Source: Lama guanicoe
Lineage: Eukaryota
Length of the DNA: 64,000 nucleotides
Direction: 5' to 3'
Assembly (NCBI GenBank): GCA_013239625.1
Contig: MU054400.1
Coordinates: 2,143,345 to 2,207,344 of the forward strand
The translations under genes were made by a program, and so were the position numbers. Below the pieces are notes generated by a model. It searched no databases. It had not been told where the DNA came from and saw only the letters and a program-made list of their open reading frames with translations. Of this stretch, positions 13,901 through 26,976 are shown piece by piece; position 1 is the stretch's first letter, and the number at the start of each line of letters is the position of its first letter.

Positions 13901-16030
13901 CCTCCTCTAATGCGTACATCTCTGCAAAGAAATTCTGTTTCCCCCACCTCCCTTTCAATTTCTCTTACCCAATTTTTCATCTCAGCCTAGTATTTCACCA
14001 TTTTATATAACATTACTGTCACCTTGACTTTTACAAAATGTTCTAGCTCCCTGGATTTTATCAAAGCAAAAAATAGATGCTGCCTAAAATCAATTTCTGT
14101 TTCCCGTAGCAAACTTTTTTCAAAGTACGCTTTCACTCTGGACATTAAGTACAAAGTTCTTTTCATTTTATGTGGTAGAAGTTTTTCTTTAGTTGACATG
14201 AGATCAACTAAGGTCCAGTGTTTGCTCATAAGTAGGTGGAGTGGATGCTTCCTTACTGTCTATCTGGTTGTAGTTTAATGCCAGCTCTCAGATTTTTACG
14301 CTGGGGCTTTGCTGGTGTAAATTTACATTATCACTTTGATGATTTAGGAGTAGGAAAATTTGTCTTAGCATAATTTCTTTTTTGTGTTTAAAATAAGCAG
14401 CCACATAACAGGCAAGATTTCAATATCCAGCTTTTGGAACAGTTCAGCCTTCAAAACCTGCAGTTTCTCTTAGTGCTGTCTCCCTGTGTCAGAGAGAACA
14501 CCCACTGTAACTGTATGCCTCTGCCTAGTACAGTCACTGCCAGGTCCCTACTTTCAAAATCTATTATTCTACACACTAAAACACGCCGGGTGGTATACTG
14601 TCCATCGGTTCCAAGGCTTCCCCTTATCTCTTCCTCACCTGTCAGTGTAATTATCCCAGGATCTACTCTACTTCACATGACCTTGATTATTTTCCTACAA
14701 GTGAGATTTCCAAAGGTGGTACCAGGTTTCCTAAGTGATGCATCAACAGTATACCCCGCAAAAATTCCTCAAAGTTCCTGAGCCTTGGATGATATTCTTA
14801 CATAGCATTAGGGCCAAGATGACTACTTATTTCTTTTTCATAATTAACGGGGGTAGGAAGAAAGGCAATCAAATATCAGTGTTTAAATTCCCACATTACA
14901 CAGAATTTATTTCAGTGCAAAATTGAGTAGTCTTTCTTTAATTTTCCAGTGCTCCTTGGGTCACTGAGAGAAAGTCTCTCTGGTGAAGACACGTAAATTC
15001 TATTACTGTCTAAACAAGTAGATCACTACATTAGTAATACATGTAAATCAGAAAAACCTTGTCATAATAAATGCTGTAGAAGGAAAAAAAGAGTCAAATA
15101 ACTCCCCTAGAAAAATACAAGACAATTTATCCAGTATACCAGTGCCTGGAAACACCATTTTTGCATAGCTCTAGGTAATAACTGACACTTGTAATGATTA
15201 GCCTGAGGCATTACAAAATCCTATAGAAAATGTTATGATTAACATAGTTTGTTAAAAGCATAGTTTAGTATATAGTCTAATTCTTTCAAAACTGGTAACC
15301 CAAGCACAATAGGTATAGCCACTCTATTAAGTCAAACATATGCTAAAAAAATACCTATTCCCAATAGAGCAAATGACAATATAACACATAAGCAAGTAAC
15401 TATTCATTTCTCATACATATGGCATTTCCTGGAGTATATTCTTAGTATGTTATTTTCCTGGATACCACACACACAAAAAGAAACTGACTGTTTTTTATTA
15501 AATTATCCATTTGATTTGGTTATTAATGACATGTATTTAATAGAGGCATAAAAGAACAAAACATCATGTAAATAGGTTAAAGAAGAAAACAAATATCATA
15601 AACTATTTTATTTACATCAAGGCTGAAAAGGAAAAGTTTTCCCTCATAGTCTTTCTTTTTTTAAGCAAAACTGTCACTGAGTATTTTTAATAAGAGACTT
15701 CTGGCCCTACAAATGCGAGTGTTTACCTGAAATAATTTAATCCTGTTGTTCTACCTTCCTTATCTCTCCCACACTTGTAAAAAGGCAGATGAACTAAAAA
15801 CTCAAAAAATAACTGCTTAAAATTGCCAAAACTAACAAAAATAACAAATCTGTTAATCTGCTTTCCTAGTAGTAAAAAACAGAACCTCTTAAATAGCAAA
15901 CACACTTAAGTTAAACCAATATAAAATGCTCCTCAGAACAGTGGTGTCATGGATTCAGATGCACTGCTATCTTAAAAATGTATAAATTCACTAAAAACAG
16001 AACAAAATAATGTGATTAACTTAGCTGTAC

Positions 16031-16174
16031 CTGTTCATCTTTTTGTCTCCATTCTTGCCAATTTTCTTCTCGTGAATCTTTCTGTACTGGGTTTGGTAAT
16101 AAAAGCTCATGTTGAGCATTACACACAGCATGGGAGGATTTCTGGGGAATTTTCTTAAAAGCAAGATTCCTGAG
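16031..16174 (-). CDS. GKAP1: GKAP1 coding exon (144 nt; [48 protein letters not shown])
   Basis: ttttctttgtttcaaag acceptor, CAG|gtacag donor, phase 0-0; translation matches recalled GKAP1. Confidence 0.95.
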
Positions 16175-16709
16175 CTTTGAAACAAAGAAAATATATTAAA
16201 TTCAGTTTACCAATCCTGGGATATTAACAATTTTTTTGAAGTTAAGAAATCAATATTTTTATACTAAACATTCATTATGCTAACTCAAAAAGTCACTACT
16301 CGTATTTTTATAATCTTTGTAGAATGTTAATTTTGCTTTTGAGATAGTTTTGGTGGATTTCTAGATGAAATGATTAATAAGTTAGAGTGGCTAATACTCT
16401 ATTAGACCACCATTTTAATGATTCTGCTTTACTAAAGGGAAGTTAATAGGAGTAGATAACGGGATAAGTGTGCTTTTAAAATGCAAAACAATAGGGTTCA
16501 ATAAGATTAAAGTTTAACAGTTTACAAATTCAAAAGTTTAAACAGTTAGAGAAGATAGCTTAAGTAACTCTAGTCACCACTTTGCTAGTCCTGAAAAATA
16601 CAGGGCCTAGTCCACAAAGTAACATGATGAACGGTACTGGCCAAGCCATTCTCAGTAAGAGTTATCTGAGACACAGTAGACGAAACAAAGGAGAAAAATA
16701 TTGAGAGGC

Positions 16710-17156
16710 TATTTTTGGATTACATCATATTCCCTCAAAAAATATGTTGTAGGCCTAACCCTTTGCTGTCTGTGAATGTAACATTATTTGGAAATAGGAT
16801 CTTGGCAAATATACTCAAGTTAAAATAAAGTTATGCTGAATTAGGATGAGCCCTAATCCAATGACTAGTGTTCTTATAAGAAGGGTATAGAAAAGGATAC
16901 ACAAAGGGAACACAGTAACAAAAGAGGCAGATTGGAGTGATCCAGTCACAAGCCAAGGAATGCCAAGGATTGACGGCCACCACAAGAAGCTAGGAAAGAG
17001 GCAAGGAAAGGTCCCACTTAGTTTCAGGGAGAACACGGCCCTTGATGACACCATGGTTTGGACTTCCAGCCTCTAGAACTATGAAGAGAATAAACTTCTG
17101 TTGTTTTAAGCCACCTAGTTTGTAGTACTTTATTACAGCAACCCTAGGAAGCTAAA
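16710..17156 (+). mobile_element. MaLR solo LTR (MLT1C/D-like)
   Basis: ttatttggaaatagg...gccctaatccaatgactagtgttcttataagaag...ttgttttaagccacctagtttgtagtacttt. Confidence 0.85.
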
Positions 17157-17614
17157 AAAGAGGCTTTAAATCGAAGATCAACAATTTAACTGACTATTCT
17201 GTTCTACAAGAGGGAGTGATGAGATACAAAGACCACTTTACGCAGCTGGTTTCTGCTGCAAAGGACACAGAAGAGGAGATGCTGCTGGAGATGAAGCCCT
17301 GGTAGGTAGACTGTTTATGTACTTTACAGAATGACAGCCATGGAAGTGGGAAGGGAGGATCCTCAGGCTCATTCTCAGTTACACAGTTTCTTATTCTCTA
17401 ATGTAAATCCCATTATTTCCTTGTTTTCTGTTCTCCCAAATCATCTTTCATTCCAAAAACAAAATGGTAGGCAATCAAAAGTTTTGTTAAGATTGGACTT
17501 CTAAAAGGTTGTATGGTGGGGAAAAAAAATGCCTTTTAAAGTGACTCTCTGTGGGGCAGAATTTTAAAAAGAGAAATTTAGAAAGCAATAGTAATGGAAA
17601 TGTAATAAAAACAA

Positions 17615-17700
17615 ACATGGTATGTATGTTCATGTATGACTAAAGCACTATGCTGTACACCAGACATTGATACAACATTGTAAACTGACTATAACTCAAT
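17615..17700 (+). mobile_element. Short lineage-specific L1 3' terminus
   Basis: tgtatgactaaagcactatgctgtacaccagacattgatacaacattgtaaactgactata, followed by a microsatellite tail. Confidence 0.7.
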
Positions 17701-17709
17701 TATATATAT

Positions 17710-17751
<42 letters not shown>
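17701..17751. repeat. (TA)n(CA)n microsatellite
   Basis: Read directly; about 19 CA units. Confidence 0.95.
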
Positions 17752-17753
<2 letters not shown>

Positions 17754-17974
17754 ACAAAACAAAACAAAAAGGAATAAACTTGAATTGAAAAGGCTTTTTC
17801 TAAGTCTGGGAATGTGATGAAGTGAATACAGGAAGTAAAAAACACTGTTGCTACTTGTCTCATTAAATGGTACTGAGAAAAGTTCTTACATATTTGCTCC
17901 TTCTGTTAAAAGACAAACACAAGCTAGAATTGTTTTTCAGCATTTCTTTTAAAAATAAATTAGCACATTAAATG

Positions 17975-18520
17975 TTGGTCATATAACTCATGCTAGGAAT
18001 GTCCAGGGGAGACGATCCTACCATGCACTTACTTCCCTTAAGAAAAAGATGACCATCAAATGCATAAAAATGTACACTGAAGGATAGTCATAGGATTATT
18101 GTCTATAGCAGTAAAAAAGTGAGAAATAATCTAAATGTGTATGACAAGGGTTCGATTAAGTAAACTATGACATAAACACATAGTTAAATAATGTGGAGTC
18201 ATTTAAAATAATGTAGATCTTTATTTATTCATATGGAAAACTATTCATGCTAATTTTAAAATAGCCAGTTATGAAATTCTATTATATAATCTCATTTTCT
18301 TTTAAGTAAAATAAGAATGTATAGATGTGTACATGTACATCCCTATACATTCATATAAGCTTACATTTGTGTACAGAAAACACACACCAAAATATTGATT
18401 TGTTGTATCTCTAGCTATATTTACAAATGACCTTTGTTTCCTTTCAAGATTTTGTTTTTTCAGAAACTTTTTGGAATGAGCAAGTAAGCTTCTATAGAAA
18501 AAAAGGCATTTAAAAAAACG
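17975..18520 (+). mobile_element. Old L1ME-type 3' fragment
   Basis: ggattattgtctatagcagtaaaa...aatctaaatgt...aaactatgacataa resembles L1ME 3'UTR. Confidence 0.55.
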
Positions 18521-18680
18521 TTCATTACATTTGACTTTAAATATACACAAATTCATATCCATTCATTGAAGTCATATTTCCAAGTACTTATGGACCAGGA
18601 ACTCTGGATACATGCATCAACAAGATAGTACCTGTCCTCCACCCACTGGGAAAGCAGATACAAATAATTATAATTGCTAC

Positions 18681-18890
18681 CTCATTTGCTTCACTCTGTT
18701 GCTGTTCCTTCTTTTTTCTTCTTTTCTCTCTCTTCTTCTCATTTGTAGTTGATTTATTAGTATGAGACTTTCCAGGATTCCGACCTTTGCTTTTTCCAGG
18801 CTCAGAATCAGAACCACTGCCACTGTCCACTTGCAACAAGGCGAAACGAGAAGCAGTGGTGGGAACAGAACTAAGTACTGCTGAGGCCAT
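18681..18890 (-). CDS. GKAP1: GKAP1 first coding exon, coding part (70 aa, [30 protein letters not shown]...QQSEANE). The exon starts at 18934 with 44 nt of 5'UTR.
   Basis: Recognisable GKAP1 N-terminus inside ORF 18588..18974. ACAATGG is a good Kozak context. Acceptor ttcttcctccccacag at 18935-6; donor GAG|gtagca at 18679-80. Confidence 0.96.
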
Positions 18891-20774
18891 TGTAAAGGTT
18901 TCTTCTTTTAAAATACTTCTGTCAAGAATAATTCCTGTGGGGAGGAAGAAGAGGAGGCAGATGAGTAAACACACTCAGTAAAATTCATTCCAGATTCTAG
19001 AACAAATATAAATATAAATATATATATATTTACTTCTCCTGACACTGGATTTAGTAACATCTGGATTCAAACCCACAGTCCTACTTGTAATAACATAACT
19101 TTTAAATCTTAAATAAACAATATAAAATTGTATAACAAAAATAGAAAAATGATATATTGAGATCTCACAATTATGACAAGACCACCACCAATACAATGTA
19201 TTCATTTTTCCATGTATAATTTCTAAAAATTAATGATTTTTCTTTCTTTTAAATATACTGCCAGAATACACATATATTTATGAAGAATATCCTAAGTCAA
19301 TATAGTTTACAATGGAAAAGTAAGAATATCATTTTTCATGGTGCAGAGACCCTTGGTTCAACAACATGTTCACCCCCAACTTCTAAGACAGGAAAAAAAA
19401 AAAAAGAGAGAAAAGGAAGACAATTCTTATCATATACCAAGTGCTGCCTTAAGTTCGATTCTGGAGACTGTTCTCAGTCACAGAACTGACAGCAAAACAG
19501 AACTTAAATTTCCTCAACCAAAGGAAAACTTCAAAATGCCCTTCACATGACAGTTTAGGTCACTAGTCTCAGTGCACCCAACCTCTTTCAGCTTTTTCAG
19601 AACCTTTTAAGCTTAAGGAAGGATATTAAATGTCCTCTTGTAATATCTAACCCAAATCATTTGGTTTTACAGATGATGCAACTGGCACTTAGACTGCTTA
19701 AGTCATTCTGCAGGTTATTGGCAAAATCAGGACCTGAAACTAGGTTTGCTGAACCTTACTCTGCAAATTCAAATTAAGAAGCCTTGTAATACTAGAAGAC
19801 TAAGTACTCTCTCAATTCAAAACTGATTTTCTTAATAGATTATACAACTCAGAAATTTGTTTATTTCTATTTTGAAATGTATCAGGTACACAACTGAATG
19901 AAATATTAAGTCCACAGAAATAAATGAATACTTCAAGTACCCAGCATTAAGATGAACAGAATGTTAACCCATCCCATGCCTCTCCTCAACAGTATCCTCT
20001 CAATTTCTGCCCTGTCCAGAAATAATTATTATCCTGATTTTTGTGTTACTTATTCCTTTTTCTTTATAGTTTTATCATGTCTGTCTTGAGTCACAGTGCT
20101 CATATCTGAACTAGCTACTGTCATTTCCACAATATCCTACTGCTCACAGAAGTCCACTCTATTCAGTATGGGAGGTGACTATGCACACGTGTGAATACTA
20201 GGAGGTAAGGATCACTGAGGTCCATTTTGAAAGCTAACCACACACTATAGTTTTCATGTTTTCAGGAGGGAACAAAAATGAGAAGCATGTGTTCAGTCTT
20301 CCATCTTAACCTAAGAATCCAGGAAATTATCTGGAAATCTTTCATTTTTTTGGTAAAACAATGAAGAAAAATTAAAAGAACTGAAATTTGACAATGTCAC
20401 CTGGTAGTTACTAATCAAAGTATTTATATTATAATGCCATGACAATACCTATTGCTTAGAAATATGTGCATCAAGAAAAAATACAACATGCAGAAATGAC
20501 ATTACAGCAATAAAATTATGTAAAATTATGACATATTTTTAGGCTTAAATCTTTCCCACAAGCATGAGAGTTAAGGCTTGGAAGTTATTACAAGAGAGAA
20601 AATATTACAAAATGAAAAAGAAATTCCAGACTCAAAAATATTATGGAAAATATTAATTCTGCTTCAACTTCAACATGGCATGTTAAAATCCTGTAAGTTT
20701 TGGTCACTTTGAGCACTTTAGGTAATTTATTAATCCTACACAGTTGTTCAACATCTACTGTATTTAATTTTAAC

Positions 20775-21150
20775 TGTTGGTACTATAAATTGTATATGTT
20801 AGCTGTTCACAAATATTCACTGCCTCTCCCTGAAAGACAGTTATGTATCACTCTCATGTTGAACGCAGGCATGGCTATGTGACTCACCAGTGAAATATAA
20901 GCTTTAAAAGCCAGAACATGGTTCACCATGTTCTCTTTTATCTGCTTCTGTGATTGTGGAAGTAAGTGTATGTTGAGATGAAATCTCCATCAGTCAGGTC
21001 TGATGGAGTCTGAAACTACAATGAACAAAATCTCTTTACTAACCTGTAATGGATATGTAGCTTGACCAAAAAAGCAACTTTGCTGCTTTCAGCTGCTGAA
21101 ATTTTCAGGTTGTTACTGCAATATAGTCTAACCTTATCATGACTAATAGC
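20775..21150 (+). mobile_element. MaLR LTR (MLT1I/J-like)
   Basis: aaatattcactgcctctccct...tgctgaaattttcaggttgttactgcaatatagtctaaccttatcatgactaata. Confidence 0.65.
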
Positions 21151-22359
21151 TTACACAAATACATCTCTTTTCCATTTTAGGACTGGTATCAATACCATGA
21201 ATTTCATATTTGGATTGTTCTGCATGAGTGAAATGGTCACAAATGTTCTAAACACCTCTCCAAAGATCATAGAAAAATGTTTTTCTGTGGCATAGGGCAG
21301 AACTTCCTCACCAGTGTATCATCAGATAAAGCTCCCCTTAGTTCTTGGCACTGCCAAGACATCGTGGAGAATTGAGAGACTCTGGGCCAGTCCCCATCAG
21401 ATGCAAGCAGCCTTATCTGCTGTTCCCTGCACATGCTGCCTTGCAGTTCTGTCAGCTATGACCAGAGAAGTACTCAAGCCCCTGGAAATCTACTTCATCA
21501 CACAGGTGCAGAATGCACTGCTGCTCATCATGGTAGATAGGGCCATGGAACTGCTGAAAGAATTCATGTTCTAGGTGCCCAAAATGCAAGGCATGCAGTA
21601 CCGGGAGCAGCAGCTGCTGTTAGGAGTGAGGAACACAAAATCTCCTAGTGAGCAAGGTTCCAAGCAAAAACCTGAAAGCTCTATATTCACAAACAGCAGA
21701 TACTTCTCCCCATTTGCTAGTGCCATGTCTTTTAAATGGCACAAAATCTAGCAGCAAGGTGACTGCTCAAATATGCATGTGCTTTCTGCAAATTAGAGCC
21801 TGTCATTATTTTAAATACTTGAAGTTACAAAGTTCAATTGAATTTGAACTCCTTTCTTTTTATCACAAGAAATTCTGTATTACATTTTTGATGAGAAAAC
21901 TTTTTAAATTTTAAAAAAATATTTTCAACTGTTATAAATTATTGAATATAACAAAAGGTTTTGTTTTTACTCCCTGTAAAATTTCAATGGGGGTTCAATT
22001 TGAAGAAAGCACCATAAAAAGTCTGGATCAGAAACCATATATTCTTATTTCATGGATAAACCTATTATTCAAAAATTTATATTTGCAGAAGCAAGTACAA
22101 TTTCCTCATTAAAACCCTAAAAAGATTTTTGAAGTTTTATACAAATTCAATACTTACTATCTCTCCTAATACTTTATATTTTGTTTTACTTACCCTAGTC
22201 ACACACTATGAAAAAAAACAACTTCACACATTTTCTTCCACTCAGCTCTACGTACACTGTAGATCTCCCCCTCAGTTGTGGGACAATGAGATGCCTCTGG
22301 TTCTTTGTGTCAGTAATGCAAAAGCCAAATGGCAGACAAGCACTGGCACAAGAACGCTG

Positions 22360-22560
22360 ACCTGGAGCAAGAATGCCTGGTCAAGCCCAACCAGCTGCTA
22401 ACTGTGAGCCCCTGAGCAATTTCCTTGAGCTCTCTGCTTCTTCACCTGTGGAATAGGGACGAGAATACCTCGCTCACTGAGTTGCTGTGAAGATTAAATA
22501 AGTTAGTATGTGTAAAATGCTTAGAACAGTAGCCAGAACAGCAGAAGCACTCAAATATAA
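22360..22560 (+). mobile_element. MIR SINE
   Basis: ctgtgagcccctgagcaatttcctt...ttcacctgtggaataggg...tgtaaaatgcttagaacagt. Confidence 0.75.
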
Positions 22561-24639
22561 ACACTGACTAGTATTTTTACTATGATAATTAACTGAAGTA
22601 TGTCTTGAGGGCCTACGAGGCATAAGAGAAGTGGCACAAGCTATTGAAAGATATGGCTGAGCATGTCTGATTCCATAGCAAAAAGTGCTCTGAAACTCAA
22701 GTGAACATCTGGCCCCTCTAAAAGCTAAGGTTTTAATCTTTGAAATGAAAAGTAAAGAAAGTTTTAAGCACTGAGAAGTTGTGGTTGAGCAACCAGCCAC
22801 TGAAAAGAGCCAAAGACCTAAAGATCATACCTAACACACTACAGAAGAACACCAATCTAACTGAAACCCCAAATCCCAGAAGTGACCATGCAGTGTACAC
22901 ACATGACAAACAATAAATGTTTCCTGAAGGAGTGAAAAGAAATAAAAGACAGAAAGACAAAGAAAGAAAAAAAGCATTAAAACAAATACTGTTGACTGAG
23001 AGAAGAATCAGTGATAAACACTCAAAAAACAAAATAATTATTTTTCTGAGGAGGCAGCTACCTACGCTTTACCTTAGCAACCTCTGTGTTAGAATAATAA
23101 AAGGGAGGATGAAAAAAAAAAAGGGTAGATTGAAAGGGGAAAATGCTCATGTCTAACGATCCTTTGGTCAGGAGTAGGGGTGGGAGAGTAGGAGAGTGGC
23201 AGTATTTGCACTATACTTTACATAACAGCAAATATTAAAGGCAAAAAGTGGCTCTACTTAGTCAGCAGTTGAGGGAGTAAAGAGATGGGACAAACAGAAG
23301 GGCTCGATCATCTACGCTATACATTGTATGTAAAAAAAAAAAAAGTGACAGATAGCCAACATACCAACTATCTCAATAGCCATGAGAGAAATCTACATAC
23401 TGTATCAAAAGATATACTAAGTAGAGGAAAAAAGGAGGGGGGGAAATATAAATTTTAAATGAAAGAAGGAAATAAAAACATAAAAATAATCCCCAGTTTA
23501 TAAATATGTGCATTATTTATTTATATACCAAAAGAAGGAAATTCAGGGGTCTAATCATTATGCTTATTTTCCTTTCTATAGCTTTCACTAGTTCCCCAAA
23601 TATTCTATAGTGACCGTATTTATCCCATAAGAAAAAAAAATCTCATTTTAAAAAGGGAAAATGGTCATCTGTACCCAAATTCAAAAAGGTAAGCATAATG
23701 CAATCAATGCAATATTGATTTTTCTGCCCTGTGTTGAAACTCAGGGCAACTACAGGTCAGAATTGACAATGAGATGCCTCTGGTCCCTTATGTGATTCAG
23801 AAGACAAATGACAGAAAGCAACTGTCAAAGGCTGATTTATGTCACGTTTTTAAGAGAACACTGCCTTCATTAATAAATTTTTCAGAATTTGCAAAAAGAT
23901 AATCATGTTATATAATCCAGGAATTCATTTGAAACTGCTTTTTGTTTAAACCTTGAAGAGAGAAGGAGATAAATAAGTAGGCCATGAAAACATCAGACTT
24001 TTTAAAGATACTATTTCAGGGAAAGGCTAGGGTTAGTATTCCTTCAGTTTTGTGTCCTAAACTTCAGCATCTCCACCTACAGTCATATCTAAGAGATACT
24101 GGGTAAATAGAGTCAAACAGAGCTCTTCTCCCTCCTCCTACTAGTTTTTCTTTCTCTCTCTCACATGGTCAAATGCTCAGACATTTATATACATACACTT
24201 AAATAACACGGACATAAGGAAGGTACACAATGGAAAAATACAGTGGACATCCACTAAGCTACCTACATTGGCCAGCCTATGAACATAGTAGCCAGTCCTC
24301 TATATTAAACATTTACGTGTTACAAAAATACTACACAAATCAGGCTTTCTAGTCCAGAAATTTAACGATTATTTCCTGTGTTTCTGACTTTTCCCTTGAG
24401 TCTCCTTTCAAAAATAATTTAAAGGCTAATTTAAGTAGTTGAAGGAAGACAAAATTCACAAGATAATTAAAAAACAAATGTTTCAGGTCAAATGCACAAG
24501 AAACAAGTTCACAAATCTAAATATGCAGGCAGCTCATCACGTAAGTAGAATATTTTATAATTCTTAATGATTATCATTAGTAAAAACTATTAATTCCTCT
24601 ATACTTGAAATTGCAGCAATGGCAAATTACACTGAAGTC

Positions 24640-25130
24640 TTCACTTTATAAATACTCAGTACTCAAAAGTCAATTACCTGACTTATTAAATATTAGAGCT
24701 TATGTTGGATCTTTCTATAGCAACTATCCTTCCTCAGATTTTGTACTCCAACAAAACAAACTACTTAAAATTTCTTGACCACACATTTAGTTTTACTTGT
24801 TCATATCTTTATGCTGTGCCTTTTGCCTAAAATGCCGCCTATCTCTTTCACTTATAACTTACACTCATCCCACAAAATCCTGCGCAGGTGCTAGCATCTC
24901 TATAAAGCTTTATCTCACCTGCCCATTGTGTTAACCATTCCCTCCTCTATAACATTTCTGTACTTCATATTTACCTTTATTATTGAATAGATTTTATTAA
25001 AATTATCTGTTTAGTGTTGTGCCTAGTCCCTCATAAGCCTGAGTTCAACATCCTGAAAGGCAAGGGCCTCTTCTTTCCATCCCTAACAAAACCACAGGAT
25101 CTGGCACACAAAAGATAAATATACTGAATT
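24640..25130 (+). mobile_element. L2 3' fragment
   Basis: atgctgtgccttttgcctaaaatgcc...cctgaaaggcaagggcc...ctggcacacaaaag. Confidence 0.55.
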
Positions 25131-26903
25131 TAGTTTTTTAAAAAAATACATTTCCCAAGTACATGTAGAGTACCTGGGAAGTACTATGCATTCCAAGTAT
25201 CTATGCAAAGACATGGTCAAAGGTAGAATGCACTGCTAAAGGAAATGTAAAGTGCACTACAGATAATCCACAATTCCCATAATGCAAATATGAGTTAACA
25301 ATAATTATTAGCAGTTCAGAGTTGCTTCACTGTAAATGCCACTCTATTAACTGATCATCACCACAACTAATTTTGTTTAAGAAACATATTTGTTAGGAAA
25401 CATAACTGATTTTAAAGTATTGATTTAAAAGAATTAGGATACATCAGGAACTTCACTACTTTTAAAAATGAATAGTCTAAACTGCAAACAGCTGGATTTT
25501 CAAATGGCTGGTCCTCTACCAAGGTTCTGAGGACCACTGACTGCCACTATGATGTCATCCGTCTAGACTATGATCTCTCTAGGGGCAAGAAAGATGGTAG
25601 CAGTAGCCATACCTCAGTCCAGGAAACTACAATTACGGCATTTCAAAACTAATATATGTATACAATCCTCCATTGAGAACAACCAAATATATCCCATTTT
25701 ATAAAACAACAGTCATCTTCCATTAACACTATCAGTCATCCTGATCAAAAAAGAAATTACTACAATGCAGATGCCAATCAGCACAGGTTCAATTAAAAAA
25801 AAACCCATAAAATGAAATGACTCCAAGTATGAGTGACTTAATATCTGGTGAATTTTTTTAAAGAATTCTATTTCTGTTCTTCAAATAACACAGCAAAATA
25901 GTATCTTTCACTTTGGCTTCTTATAAAGGTTCACAACCAGCAAGTGCCAAGTGCACACCAAAACTTTGCTCCCAACAGACTTACTGCAAACAAACCACAT
26001 AAACTTAATGGGCATGTCCTATATTCCCTTTTTTCTTCATAGTTAAATACTGCTTCCTCTCTCCAACCTGCAGCGCCTAGTTTCTATGGACTGAAAAAGA
26101 TAAGCAAAAAGTACAAGCAGGTACTGAGTGAGGACCTGAGGGATTCTCCCACAAATAAAGCACATGTATTTTCATTTGCCTCCTTGATCTCTTTTCAACT
26201 TCTGAGTTTTTTACCTTAATCTATAGAGTGAAGATACTTGATTGGTATCTTATAGATAAGTTTGTTGTAAACATTTGTATGAATATCCTTTATTACTTAG
26301 GAATCGACTAATGAACTAAAGCATTATAAACCTGTTAAGAAAAAAAATCTGTATTTCCATAGATTAAAATTTTTTAACATTTCAACTTGCCATAAAGTTT
26401 CTCTAATATTTTTATAGCTGCAAGTCAAATTTATTAAACTGATTCAGATTACAACCACAAACATGTTTACTACATAAAGAAATAGACGATACAGAACGGT
26501 GTAGAAAAACTTTCACTGGCTTTTTAGTAGAGAAAAGATGATCTTTTATTAGTGCTTCCAGTGAGAGTCGTAGCACCTATCCCACTGTAGAATCTAGCTA
26601 AGGTAAAAATGAAAACTCTAAAAGAAGGTGGAGAAAAAAGACAATTTAATGAGCCATTTTTTTATCGTTACTGTTCAATATCTACAAAGCACCCTAAATG
26701 CTGGAGATGACAAAAATTCTGTAAGACTCCTTGTTCCAAACAATAACAGCAAAAAACAAAACTCAAAACCCTTCTCTTTTACTTTTCAACAGCTACCGGG
26801 GAGGAGTAGGAGCACTTTATTCAGAAAGTAATCCACTATACCTCATTCATGAACGAAAGCCAAATTTCACCCATAGGCTGTTAACCGATGCTCCAAAACT
26901 TAC

Positions 26904-26976
26904 TCGCGCAAAGTACATACAGAAAGAAACAGGGCTGGGCGAGACCTAACTCGTGCAAGAGAAGCGGTTTCAAAAC
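26904..26976 (-). other. GKAP1: Probable GKAP1 non-coding 5'UTR exon 2 (73 nt; the 5' boundary could differ)
   Basis: ttttctcctttcag|GTTTTGAAAC...TTTGCGCGA|gtaagt, a strong acceptor and donor pair just downstream of the CpG island. Confidence 0.65.

Noticed and set aside
14024..14278. Plus-strand ORF with DFIKAK...SKLFSK resembling a continuation of the Charlie transposase
   Set aside because: The equivalent motif already appears at ~13700-13810 and the spacing does not fit; probably coincidence.
25152..25180. 11-bp stem hairpin (TTCCCAAGTAC/GTACCTGGGAA)
   Set aside because: Too short for a pre-miRNA and expected by chance in 64 kb.
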